Assembly (NCBI GenBank): GCA_963678315.1
Contig: OY782781.1
Span: 832,001 to 896,000, forward strand
DNA length: 64,000 nt
Direction of reading: 5' to 3'
From: Candidatus Cloacimonadales bacterium
GTDB lineage: Bacteria; Cloacimonadota; Cloacimonadia; Cloacimonadales; JAFGVF01
The notes below the pieces were generated by a model that saw only the letters and a list, made by a program, of their open reading frames with translations, had not been told where the DNA came from and did no database searches. Below are positions 9,025-18,656 of this stretch, one piece after another. Position numbers and translations under genes: made by a program. Positions within the stretch are counted from its first letter, which is position 1. Each line of letters starts with the position of its first letter.

Positions 9025-10017
9025 TTATACCATTTTGATTGCATCTTTAGGGCATTTTTCAAGGCACACTTCGCAACCAATACATTTGTCTTTGTTAATT
9101 TTATGAACTTCTTTTACACTACCTTCAATAGCGTCTACAGGGCAGTTTCTAGCACATATTGTACAGCCAATACACTTTTCTTCGATAACTTCAGCTTTTT
9201 TACGTTTTCCAGCTAAAGCATCTTCGATAGCTTTGGTTGGACACTTTGTAGCACACAATCCACAATTGATACACTTATCGTAGTCGATGATAGCAAGTTT
9301 ATCTTCAATAGTGATAGCATCTACAGGACAGTTTTTAGCACATATTCCACAACCGATACATGGATGACCAGCACCGCAAACTTGTTTAGGAAGAGCGCCG
9401 AAATCGCGAGATGAACAGTCTATTCTAACAACTTTATCAACTGGGATAAGGTCTATTAGATTTCTCGGGCAAGCTCTAACACAAGCGCCACATGCAGTAC
9501 ACTTATCTTCGTCAATAATACGGTTATTATTCTCATCAATTATAATTGCATCGAATGGGCAGGCATCAAAACAGTCGTTAAAACCAACACAACCATGAGA
9601 GCACATGTTTGGCCCTTGAGCCATTGTCACAGCAGCTTTACAAGTTGAGATACCTTGGTATTCGTATTTATATTTTGTGTTATTTGTACCACCACTTTTA
9701 CAGTGAATATAGGCTACTTTTTTTGTACCTGCTTCAGCAGAAGTACCCATGATTTTAGCAATAGCAGCCACACAATCATCTCCACCGGGAGCACATTTAT
9801 TAATTGCTTCGCCGTTTTCTACAATAGCTTCAGCATAACCAGCACAGCCAGGTTTTCCACAAGCACCACAGTTAGCACCAGGAAGAGCTTCAAGAATTTG
9901 TTCAACTCTTGGGTCAACTTCAACATGGAATTTCTTAGAAGCAACAGCAAGACCGAAACCGTAGAGCAGTCCTAAACCACCGACAACACCAATAGGGATT
10001 AAAATAGTTTCTAGCAT
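9025..10017 (-). CDS. rnfB: Rnf complex subunit B (polyferredoxin type)
   Basis: N-terminal TM helix, [13 protein letters not shown], and six ferredoxin-type C..C…CP motifs. Confidence 0.93.
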   Translation of the reverse strand: MLETILIPIGVVGGLGLLYGFGLAVASKKFHVEVDPRVEQILEALPGANCGACGKPGCAGYAEAIVENGEAINKCAPGGDDCVAAIAKIMGTSAEAGTKKVAYIHCKSGGTNNTKYKYEYQGISTCKAAVTMAQGPNMCSHGCVGFNDCFDACPFDAIIIDENNNRIIDEDKCTACGACVRACPRNLIDLIPVDKVVRIDCSSRDFGALPKQVCGAGHPCIGCGICAKNCPVDAITIEDKLAIIDYDKCINCGLCATKCPTKAIEDALAGKRKKAEVIEEKCIGCTICARNCPVDAIEGSVKEVHKINKDKCIGCEVCLEKCPKDAIKMV

Positions 10018-10030
10018 TTTACATTACTCC

Positions 10031-10630
10031 TTAGAATTTAAGTCCTGAGAAACCTAGGAAAGCAAGAGCCATTGAACCAGCAACAATAAGTGCTATAGGC
10101 ATTCCTTTCATAGATGCAGGAAGTTCAGCATATTCAAGTTTTTCTCTAATTCCAGCCATTAATACAAGAACTAATGTAAAACCAACACCTGAGAAGAATC
10201 CGTTTAACACAGAGAATCCAAAGTTGTATGGTAAGCCGTCGTTGGCTGTTAAGTTAAGAATAGCAACACCAAGAACAGCACAGTTTGTAGTGATTAGGGG
10301 TAGGAATACTCCTAAAGACTTATAGAGGGCTGGGGCGTTTTTTTGAATGACCATTTCAACAAATTGCACCAGAGATGCAATGGTTAAAATAAAAGCAATA
10401 GTTTGTAAATATTCTATGCCAAAAGGCACTAATAAATAAGTTTGAATTAACCAAGTAATAGCAGAAGCCATAGTCATCACAAAGATAACAGCCATACCCA
10501 TACCCATAGCTGAATCTAATTTCTTAGAAACACCTAAGTAAGGACAAATACCTAAGAATTTTGCTAGAACAAAGTTATTTATAAAGATGGCACCAACTGC
10601 CATTATCATTATTTGACCTAATAATTCCAT
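10031..10630 (-). CDS. rnfA: Rnf complex subunit A
   Basis: [28 protein letters not shown]. Confidence 0.93.
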   Translation of the reverse strand: MELLGQIMIMAVGAIFINNFVLAKFLGICPYLGVSKKLDSAMGMGMAVIFVMTMASAITWLIQTYLLVPFGIEYLQTIAFILTIASLVQFVEMVIQKNAPALYKSLGVFLPLITTNCAVLGVAILNLTANDGLPYNFGFSVLNGFFSGVGFTLVLVLMAGIREKLEYAELPASMKGMPIALIVAGSMALAFLGFSGLKF

Positions 10631-11229
10631 TATTCCCCTCTCTTCTTAAGCATATTGATCACAGCAAGAATAAAGCCTAAGGTGATAAAAGCACCAGGAG
10701 CTAAAATTGCTACTAAGATTGAGTTATCTTGATAAGCTTTTGGTAGAATATCGAAACCAAGAAGTTTACCAGCACCAAGAAGTTCTCTAATTGATGCAAG
10801 AACAGATAATGCGAAGGTAAATCCTAAGCCCATTCCTAAGGCATCCATGATTGACATGAAGATATTATTCTTAGAGGCAAAAGCTTCTGCTCTTCCAAGA
10901 ATAATACAGTTAACCACAATCAAAGGGATAAACAATCCTAGAGATTTATGTAAAGGTGGTAAAAGTGCAGCCATGGACATATCAACGATAGTAACGAAAG
11001 TCGCAATCACCACGATAAACATTGGAATTCTGATTTTAGCAGGAACAATTCCTTTAATAAGAGAAACAATCATATTAGAACATAATAAAACAAATGTAGA
11101 AGATAAACCCATACCCAGGGCATCTTTCACAGAAGATGTAACAGCAAGTGTTGGACACATACCAAGCACTAAGATGAACACAGGGTTTTCTTTAATAAAT
11201 CCCTTGGTAAATTCTTTCATTGCATTCAT
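10630..11229 (-). CDS. rnfE: Rnf complex subunit E
   Basis: [33 protein letters not shown]. Confidence 0.93.
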   Translation of the reverse strand: MNAMKEFTKGFIKENPVFILVLGMCPTLAVTSSVKDALGMGLSSTFVLLCSNMIVSLIKGIVPAKIRIPMFIVVIATFVTIVDMSMAALLPPLHKSLGLFIPLIVVNCIILGRAEAFASKNNIFMSIMDALGMGLGFTFALSVLASIRELLGAGKLLGFDILPKAYQDNSILVAILAPGAFITLGFILAVINMLKKRGE

Positions 11230-11801
11230 TATTTACCTTCCTTTTCCATAAGTTTAATGATACTATCTTTGATTGAATTAGTAACAGTTCTAGTTGTGAT
11301 TGTTGCACCTGTGATTGATTTAATATCTCCACCGTCTTTATCTACTTTAAGTGTTTCTAGAGATCTGTCCTTAAATTTAGGAGCAAAGTCTTCAGCAACA
11401 CATTTAGCACCAAGACCCGGAGTCTCTGCTTGATCAATAACTTTTATCTTTTTAATTTTATAATTATTATCTAAGCCAACTACTGTTTTAACATTGGAAC
11501 TATAACCATATTTTGCAGCAGTTAACACATAACCTACTTTATCACCTGTATCTTTTTGTTTAGCTATATAGTAAAAGACAGAATCCCCTTTTACGTCCAT
11601 TTCTAGTAATTTCTTATCAAAGTCTACCTTATCTTCTGTAAGATCAGAATCAGTGATAACTTCTAACCTAGCTTTCCTTGCATCTTCTGCTTTAACAGCT
11701 GCAATTTTAGGACTTGTTATTTGATTAACATAAGCTAAAACACCAGCAGCAATAGCACAAGTAATTAAGAGAATAAAACCTAATTTAATATAATACTTCA
11801 T
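11229..11801 (-). CDS. rnfG: Rnf complex subunit G (FMN-binding)
   Basis: ETPGLG and ITGATIT flavinylation motif; start ATG at 11801 overlaps the rnfD stop. Confidence 0.9.
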   Translation of the reverse strand: MKYYIKLGFILLITCAIAAGVLAYVNQITSPKIAAVKAEDARKARLEVITDSDLTEDKVDFDKKLLEMDVKGDSVFYYIAKQKDTGDKVGYVLTAAKYGYSSNVKTVVGLDNNYKIKKIKVIDQAETPGLGAKCVAEDFAPKFKDRSLETLKVDKDGGDIKSITGATITTRTVTNSIKDSIIKLMEKEGK

Positions 11802-12898
11802 TATTTTACCTCTCCAAATGCTTTTGGCATTGTCCATTTATCGATAAGTGGAGTAGCAAGGTTCATTAGTAGAATTGAGTATGAAACACCTTCTGGATAA
11901 CCACCAACTAGTCTGATTGTTACAGTAAGAATACCACAACCAATACCGAAGATGAGGCGACCCTTTTTGGTAACAGGAGTAGATACATAATCTGTTGCCA
12001 TAAAGAAAGCACCCAGCATCATACCACCTGATAAGATATGGAAAAGAGGTAGTTGAACATTAGCTGAGAAAAGACCATTCATTCCGCCGAACATCCATGA
12101 AAGAACAAAGACACTTGCAATATATGAAGTAGGGATTCTCCAATCAATGATGTGTTTCCACATTAGGAAAAGACCACCGATAATCAAAGCAATAGCTGAA
12201 ACTTCACCAATACAGCCACCAATGTTACCAATAAATAGGTTCTGTAAAGAAGACCAATCAATCAAGCCATTGAAGACTGTTTCTTGAACTTCAGAAGCAG
12301 TGTGTCCACTAGTAACATCAGAGAACATTGTTGTATCCCTAATAGCTTTCACAACATTAAGAGGAGTTGCAGAAGTTATCTTTGTATGAGCAATAGCTGA
12401 TAGTGTATCAACTTGAGCCATAACTCCTTCAGAAATACCACTGATTGAACCTTTCACAGTTGTTTTCCAGCCATCAGTCATAAGTGTTGGCCAAGAAGCT
12501 AGCATAAAGGCTCTACCAAGTAAAGCAGGGTTTAAAGGGTTATTACCTAGTCCACCAAAAACTTGTTTACCAACACCGATTGCAAATATAGAACCAGCAA
12601 CAGGTAACCACCAAGGTGCATTAGCATGAATATTGAATGATACTAGCATACCAGTCAAGAAGGCTGAACCATCAGTAACAGTTACAGGAACCTTTCTCCA
12701 TACTTGGATTAGGGCTTCACAAGCAACGGCAGCAAGTCCACCAATCATAGTTAACACAAAAGCCATAATTCCATAGAAGTAGCTTGCTACGCCTAAAGCT
12801 GGAACTAGAGCTAGTATAACAAACCACATTATCTTTGAAGTACTTAAATGCTCATGTAAATGAGGAGCAGGAGATACTTTATAAGTATTATTTGACAT
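11801..12898 (-). CDS. rnfD: Rnf complex subunit D
   Basis: FGGLG.N..NPALLG, ITSATPL FMN site, G.IGEVS, FFMATD, GYPEG. Confidence 0.93.
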   Translation of the reverse strand: MSNNTYKVSPAPHLHEHLSTSKIMWFVILALVPALGVASYFYGIMAFVLTMIGGLAAVACEALIQVWRKVPVTVTDGSAFLTGMLVSFNIHANAPWWLPVAGSIFAIGVGKQVFGGLGNNPLNPALLGRAFMLASWPTLMTDGWKTTVKGSISGISEGVMAQVDTLSAIAHTKITSATPLNVVKAIRDTTMFSDVTSGHTASEVQETVFNGLIDWSSLQNLFIGNIGGCIGEVSAIALIIGGLFLMWKHIIDWRIPTSYIASVFVLSWMFGGMNGLFSANVQLPLFHILSGGMMLGAFFMATDYVSTPVTKKGRLIFGIGCGILTVTIRLVGGYPEGVSYSILLMNLATPLIDKWTMPKAFGEVK

Positions 12899-12909
12899 TC
12901 TATAAACTC

Positions 12910-14238
12910 CTATTTAGCTTTTTTACGATTTTCGAAGATTTTAGCTTTAGCAATATCAACATATTGAATAATATTGATATTTGCAGGGCATACATAAGCA
13001 CAAGTTCCGCACTTCATACAGTCCATTGCACCAGCCTTTTCAGCCATTTCCCAATCATTATATTTAGCAGCTCTGACAATCATGTTTGGTATTAAGTTCA
13101 TAGGGCAAACATTCACACAGCCAGCACAGCTAATACAGTTATTCTCTTTATTTCGTTTAGCTTGTTTCTTATTGAAGATTAATAGTCCAGAAGAGCCTTT
13201 TGTCATTGGTGTTTCTAAGGTTGGAATAGCAAATCCCATCATAGGTCCACCAGAAATAACAGAACCTATCTCTTCAGTAACTCCACCAGCCCCTTCAAGA
13301 AGCTCGGAGTATAGAGTTCCGATTCTAGCATTATAGTTTTTTGGATTCTTAACAATGGCACCGGTAACTGAGATTACTCTTTCAATAAGTGGTTTTTTCT
13401 TAGCAACAGCTTCATAAACAGCCAAAGCAGAACCAACATTGTTTACCACAACCTTTGCTTCCATTGGAAGTCCGCCCTTGTTAGGAACTTTTCTTTTAGT
13501 TGCAGCATAGATAAGTTGCTTTTCAGCACCCTGAGGATATTTAACTTTCAAGCTAACAACTTCTATGTTATTTTCTTTGCTAAGCAAATTTGTCATGTGT
13601 TTGATAGCGTCAGGCTTGTTAGCCTCAATACCTATTATACCTTTCTTTGCTGAAACAATCTTCATGATTATCTTCAGACCTTTGATTATGTCTTCAGCTT
13701 TTTCAAGCATGATTCTGTAGTCAGCAGTTAAGAATGGTTCACATTCAACACCATTTAAAATAACAGTATCGATTGGCTTATCAGCAGGAGGAGAAAGTTT
13801 AACATGAGTAGGGAAACCTGCACCACCCATACCACAAACTCCTGCAGCAGAAATTCTGTTTTTCATTTCATCAATTGGAAGATTTAGGAAGTCTTTCTCT
13901 TCAACTAAATCGACCCATTCATCTCTTTTACCATCACCAGTAATCTCAATAGCCATCTGGGTATTTCCTACTGGGTGAGGGAATTTAGCAATCTTAGTAA
14001 CTTTTCCTGTGATAGAAGCATGCATAGGAATAGAAACAAAACCACCAGCTTCACTAATTTGTTGTCCTGTTTTTACTTCATCTCCAACCTTAACGATTGG
14101 TTTTGAAGGAGCTCCAATATGCTGGGATAAAGGAATTACAACTCTTTTTGGGAGTGGGAATTCTTCAATGAAAGCATCTTTAGAAAATTCTTTAAAATCA
14201 TGTGGATGTGTTCCACCCATAAATGTTTTTAAGCTCAT
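12910..14238 (-). CDS. rnfC: Rnf complex subunit C
   Basis: QHIGAP, GMGGAGFPTHVK, NGVECEPFLTAD, YPQGAEKQL, GGPMMG and two 4Fe-4S motifs. Confidence 0.95.
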   Translation of the reverse strand: MSLKTFMGGTHPHDFKEFSKDAFIEEFPLPKRVVIPLSQHIGAPSKPIVKVGDEVKTGQQISEAGGFVSIPMHASITGKVTKIAKFPHPVGNTQMAIEITGDGKRDEWVDLVEEKDFLNLPIDEMKNRISAAGVCGMGGAGFPTHVKLSPPADKPIDTVILNGVECEPFLTADYRIMLEKAEDIIKGLKIIMKIVSAKKGIIGIEANKPDAIKHMTNLLSKENNIEVVSLKVKYPQGAEKQLIYAATKRKVPNKGGLPMEAKVVVNNVGSALAVYEAVAKKKPLIERVISVTGAIVKNPKNYNARIGTLYSELLEGAGGVTEEIGSVISGGPMMGFAIPTLETPMTKGSSGLLIFNKKQAKRNKENNCISCAGCVNVCPMNLIPNMIVRAAKYNDWEMAEKAGAMDCMKCGTCAYVCPANINIIQYVDIAKAKIFENRKKAK

Positions 14239-15469
14239 TTATTCTCCCGATTCTTTTATAATTATTTCCGTTCTTAAATTCGTCCTGTTTAATAGTTTTT
14301 ATCTCTAATATATCACTTTAATTAATTAGATTCCCAAATAATATGAAATTGCAAATAATGCAAGTTTTTTAATTCGATAAATATATCACTAAACTTCTTT
14401 AAAACAATAACTTCAGTTATTTTAATCGAACTGAGTGTCATGTCTGCAAAATTCCACTGGAACACCATGCAAGAGTCTTCGTCAATCACAGCCCCTACTT
14501 GCGAAAGGGTTTGGGATACAATCGTCCCTGCTTTCGAAATATTATTGGGATTGTAAGCTTCCCAGCTTACGAAAATACAGACCGGGATTGTAAGCTTCCC
14601 AGCTTACGAAATATTATTGGGATTGTAAGCTTCCCAGCTTACAAATCTATTTTGCGTAAGCATGAACTTTGTTCAACCTAACGGTGGATGCTTACACTCC
14701 AAGCCCAGCTTACGAAATATTATTGGGATTGTAAGCTTCAGTCTTCGCCTGACACAGTCCCAGCTTACGAAATATTATTGGGATTGTAAGCTTCAGTCTT
14801 CGCCTGACACAGTCCCAGCTTACAAATCTATTTTGCGTAAGCATGAACCTTGTTCAACCTAACGGTGGATGCTTACACTCCAAGCCTAGCTTGTGAAAAT
14901 ACAGACCGGGATTGTAAGCTTCCCAGCTTACGAAATATTATTATTGGGATTGTAAGCTTCCCAGCTTACGAAATATTATTATTGGGATTGTAAGCTTCCC
15001 AGCTTACGAATCTATTTTGCGTAAGCATGAACTTTGTTCAACCTATCGGTGGATGCTTACACTCCAAGCCCAGCTTACGAAAATACAGACCGGGATTGTA
15101 AGCTTCCCAGCTTACAAATCTATTTTGCGTAAGCATGAACTTTGTTCAACCTAACGGTGGATGCTTACACTCCAAGCCCAGCTTACGAATCTATTTTGCG
15201 TAAGCATGAACCTTGTTCAACCTATCGGTGGATGCTTACACTCCAAGCCTAGCTTGTGAAAATACAGACCGGGATTGTAAGCTTCCCAGCTTACGAAATA
15301 TTATTGGGATTGTAAGCTTCCCAGCTTACGAATCTATTTTGCGTAAGCATGAACTTTGTTCAACCTAACGGTGGATGCTTACACTCCAAGCCCAGCTTAC
15401 GAAATATTATTGGGATTGTAAGCTTCCCAGCTTACGAAAATACAGACCGGGATTGTAAGCTTCCCAGCT

Positions 15470-16864
15470 CAATGTCATTAAGTTAAGCTAATATACATTT
15501 TTCTTATTCCTCTTCCAAAAGCAAAGCCATTGATATGCTTTACCTTTCGACCGTTCAAATTTTCTATTAGGTCTTATTGGAACAGGTGTTTGTATAAATA
15601 TTTTATTTAATTTAATAATCAGTTTATCTATATCACTTTCTGTGCATAATAAATAAAAAAGATTGTCTTTTATAGCATTAAATGAGATAGCTTTATTTAC
15701 TTTCTGTTTATATTTATTGTTTTGGCTTCTCTTTTTTAATTCATTCTCAGCATCTTCGGTAAGTATTGTTTCTAGATTAGATAGAAAAATAGTTGAATAA
15801 AAATCTTGCTTTATTGATTCAACTGATTTACCTGTAAAGTTTTCTAAAGATAAACGTCCCTTAATAACGCCATAAAATGTTTCGACTCCCCATCTTTGCC
15901 AATATAAACGTTTAAACTCTTCTGTAGGATAAAGTTCTTCATCTAACAAAGATGTCGCTAGTATCTCAACTTCACCAGAATCTAAAATAACTTTTACTAA
16001 TCTTAACTGTATCTCATCTGTAAGGTTAGTCTTATTCTTTTGTACTCTAAGTCTAGATCTCTTTAGAGTAATAATTTCACTCTCTTTATTACTGTTCTTC
16101 ATCAAAGATATTTCTTTTATCCAAGAGGTACCACACCTGATTAAAAAATTTATTCCTTTATCATAGCAATCACTTACAAGTTCATAAGATGGATAACCTC
16201 TATCTAAAATTACAAGATCTTCTTTACCGAGATGTTTTAAATGATTTATGGCAAGAGCTCTTTCTGATTCTCTTGAGTGTGTAATTGTGGAATCGATTAC
16301 TATATTATTCATAACGTCATATGCTACTGAGGCTATTGCTCTTACGTGCTCACCAACTTTTCCACTTGGAGTCTGGGTAGGAATTGTATTAAAATATTCT
16401 CTAGTTTCTTGGTTATCTGGAACTGAGACGCGTGTACCATCTATGGCTATTAATCGGAAACCCTTATACCTTTTATAACTTTTATCATTATAAAACTCTT
16501 TTACAATTATATCTTTATTTAAGTCTACAAATAGTTTGTAAGAAAATTTTCGACGTGCTTGAGTAAAAGCACTTGAACTTACTGTTTCGCAGCCTTCTAC
16601 AAATCTATCAAAGAACTCATTAAGTCTAATCTGAAGTGATTTTACACTTTTCATAAGAACGAGTATTGCTAATGATTTAAAGCTAAATTTACGTTTTCTC
16701 AAGAAAGACTTTTCTCCTATTTTATATTTATTTACAGTTGAATCTAAACCTAACACATAACTTATTAATTTCAATATTTTTTTTTCATTATGACCCTAAT
16801 TATTCATTTATTACATAGTTTTTATAGTTAATTATTTTAGTCAAATCTTAACTTAATGACATTG
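15470..16864 (-). mobile_element. IS4-family insertion sequence (1395 bp)
   Basis: Perfect 18-bp TIRs caatgtcattaagttaag / cttaacttaatgacattg; 12-bp TSD agcttcccagct at 15458-15469 and 16865-16876. Confidence 0.92.
15488..16774 (-). CDS. IS4-family DDE transposase
   Basis: AIDGT, LDRGYP and Y..RW.vE..y…K (YREK) signature. Confidence 0.92.
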   Translation of the reverse strand: MKLISYVLGLDSTVNKYKIGEKSFLRKRKFSFKSLAILVLMKSVKSLQIRLNEFFDRFVEGCETVSSSAFTQARRKFSYKLFVDLNKDIIVKEFYNDKSYKRYKGFRLIAIDGTRVSVPDNQETREYFNTIPTQTPSGKVGEHVRAIASVAYDVMNNIVIDSTITHSRESERALAINHLKHLGKEDLVILDRGYPSYELVSDCYDKGINFLIRCGTSWIKEISLMKNSNKESEIITLKRSRLRVQKNKTNLTDEIQLRLVKVILDSGEVEILATSLLDEELYPTEEFKRLYWQRWGVETFYGVIKGRLSLENFTGKSVESIKQDFYSTIFLSNLETILTEDAENELKKRSQNNKYKQKVNKAISFNAIKDNLFYLLCTESDIDKLIIKLNKIFIQTPVPIRPNRKFERSKGKAYQWLCFWKRNKKNVY

Positions 16865-17242
16865 AGCTTCCCAGCTTACGAATCTATTTTGCATAAGCAT
16901 GAACTTTGTTCAACCTATCGGTGGATGCTTACACTCCAAGCCCAGCTTGTGAAAATACAGACCGGGATTGTAAGCTTCCCAGCTTACGAAATATTATTGG
17001 GATTGTAAGCTTCCCAGCTTACGAATCTATTTTGCGTAAGCATGAACTTTGTTCAACCTAACGGTGGATGCTTACACTCCAAGCCCAGCTTACGAATCTA
17101 TTTTGCGTAAGCATGAACCTTGTTCAACCTATCGGTGGATGCTTACACTCCATCTTGAAGGTATCGGCCACTTATAATTCTTAATATTTGGGGGTTTATT
17201 AGGGGCATTTCTGTAAATTGTAAGCTTGCCTTCTTTCTTTGG

Positions 17243-17278
17243 AAAAAGAAAGAAGCCTGCGTCTAGGGACAGCAGGCT
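17243..17278 (-). terminator. Probable terminator of the B12 uptake operon
   Basis: agcctgc/gcaggct stem with an A-rich tract on the + strand. Confidence 0.5.
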
Positions 17279-17315
17279 AAATATTCCACTAAAAAAGGGA
17301 ATGTGTGCTAAAATT

Positions 17316-18569
17316 CTATTTTAACTTAATAAATTTACTTTGGTAAGATTGATTTCCATTCTTTACTTTGACCAAGTATAAACCACTTGCTGTAGTCTTA
17401 TTATTCATATCTAAGCCATTCCATTTAACAAGTGAGGAAGAAGTTGAGAATTGCTTAACAAACTGTCCTTTTATATTATAGATTGATATTTTGCTAGTAG
17501 TTTTGGCTGGGTTGTCAAGTTTAATACTAATAGATCCTTGCATAGGGTTTGGGTAACAAGAAATATCTAATTGAGCAAGTTCTACTTCTGAATTACTATT
17601 AGGAGTGGTATTTTCTGCAAAGATGATGTCTGTTGGGTAGAGAGCAACTTCATAACTTAAACTATTCTGAATGCTGTTGTCAGTAACATGAACTGTACCA
17701 TTAGAGCCCCAATTAGAATTAACATAAGCAAGGACCTGTCCATCAGTAGCGATAGTAGATCCACCAGGAGTAAGAGGATTTTCAATATTTTCTACAAGAG
17801 TATTATTGTTTAAATCAATAACATATATTCCAGTGTTATTAGATTCAGAAATATAAGCTCTATCATTTAAGAAAGCAGCTTTACCTATGCTTACACCTGT
17901 AGGAATACTAGCAATAATTTGATTATTTGTAGGGTCAATAACTTCAATCTGTCCCATTACACTTGACCAGTTACCAGTACACATTACATAGATTAAACCA
18001 TTATAAGCTTTTATGTGTTGAGGATTCAGAGAAGTTTCTATTACAGAAAGCACATTTAGTTGAGCTAAGCCTAAAACAAGAACACGTGAACCTTCATAAT
18101 TACTGCCGTAATCACCTGCACAAGCAACATATAGCTTTCCATCTGCTATTTCTATACCTTCAGGGTTTACACCAACTGAAACTTCTTCTACAATCTCTTC
18201 TGTAATTAAGTCTATTTTGTATAAAGAACCAGTAAAATATCCAGTCACATATAAGAATCCTTCATGCGCTTTTGCATACCAAGGATTAGAAGAATCGGCT
18301 ACATAGATATTGCTAACTGTAGCACCAGTTTCTAAATCAATCTTCTGTACAGAATTATCACCAGAATTAGTTACATAAGCATAACCATCGTTAATATCAA
18401 TCCAGTTGGGGGTAGTTCCAAGCTGAGCATAATCATTTGTTACAGTGCCGTCTTCAGTGTTAATTTTACTTAGGGTAGCACTAGTAGAATTCACTACATA
18501 AATATCTCTAGCATTTAAAAGACCAATACAAACGATAAACAACAAAACAAATAGTAATTTCTTTCTCAT
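17316..18569 (-). CDS. YncE/BtuG-like beta-propeller protein with C-terminal FlgD-Ig/T9SS-like domain
   Basis: YVTN-type propeller repeats; YPNP…IYNIKGQ…WNG.D…ASGLY C-terminus; in an operon with a TonB receptor under a B12 riboswitch. Confidence 0.75.
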   Translation of the reverse strand: MRKKLLFVLLFIVCIGLLNARDIYVVNSTSATLSKINTEDGTVTNDYAQLGTTPNWIDINDGYAYVTNSGDNSVQKIDLETGATVSNIYVADSSNPWYAKAHEGFLYVTGYFTGSLYKIDLITEEIVEEVSVGVNPEGIEIADGKLYVACAGDYGSNYEGSRVLVLGLAQLNVLSVIETSLNPQHIKAYNGLIYVMCTGNWSSVMGQIEVIDPTNNQIIASIPTGVSIGKAAFLNDRAYISESNNTGIYVIDLNNNTLVENIENPLTPGGSTIATDGQVLAYVNSNWGSNGTVHVTDNSIQNSLSYEVALYPTDIIFAENTTPNSNSEVELAQLDISCYPNPMQGSISIKLDNPAKTTSKISIYNIKGQFVKQFSTSSSLVKWNGLDMNNKTTASGLYLVKVKNGNQSYQSKFIKLK

Positions 18570-18656
18570 TATTACTCCGTATATTATATTCTTTAAAGTT
18601 AGGCAGCCCTCATGTTCACCATTATGAAGGCCACCTAAATGGATAAGGATTCTATT

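Larger units (their letters stand above)
14537..17151. repeat. Mosaic array of REP-like palindromic modules (family A), interrupted by IS4
   Basis: About 13 gggattgtaagcttcccagcttac, 2 long-loop variants and 9 gtaagcatgaac…ggtggatgcttacactcc modules joined by a few recurrent linkers. Confidence 0.9.

Noticed and set aside
9025..14238. Rnf operon as a novelty
   Set aside because: The rnfCDGEAB order with a polyferredoxin RnfB is the standard arrangement in anaerobes
14499..14862. ORFs 14499..14681 and 14662..14862
   Set aside because: They are translations of the REP-like modules
14537..17151. CRISPR array
   Set aside because: The sequences between repeats are a few recurring linkers, not unique spacers, and no cas genes are in the window
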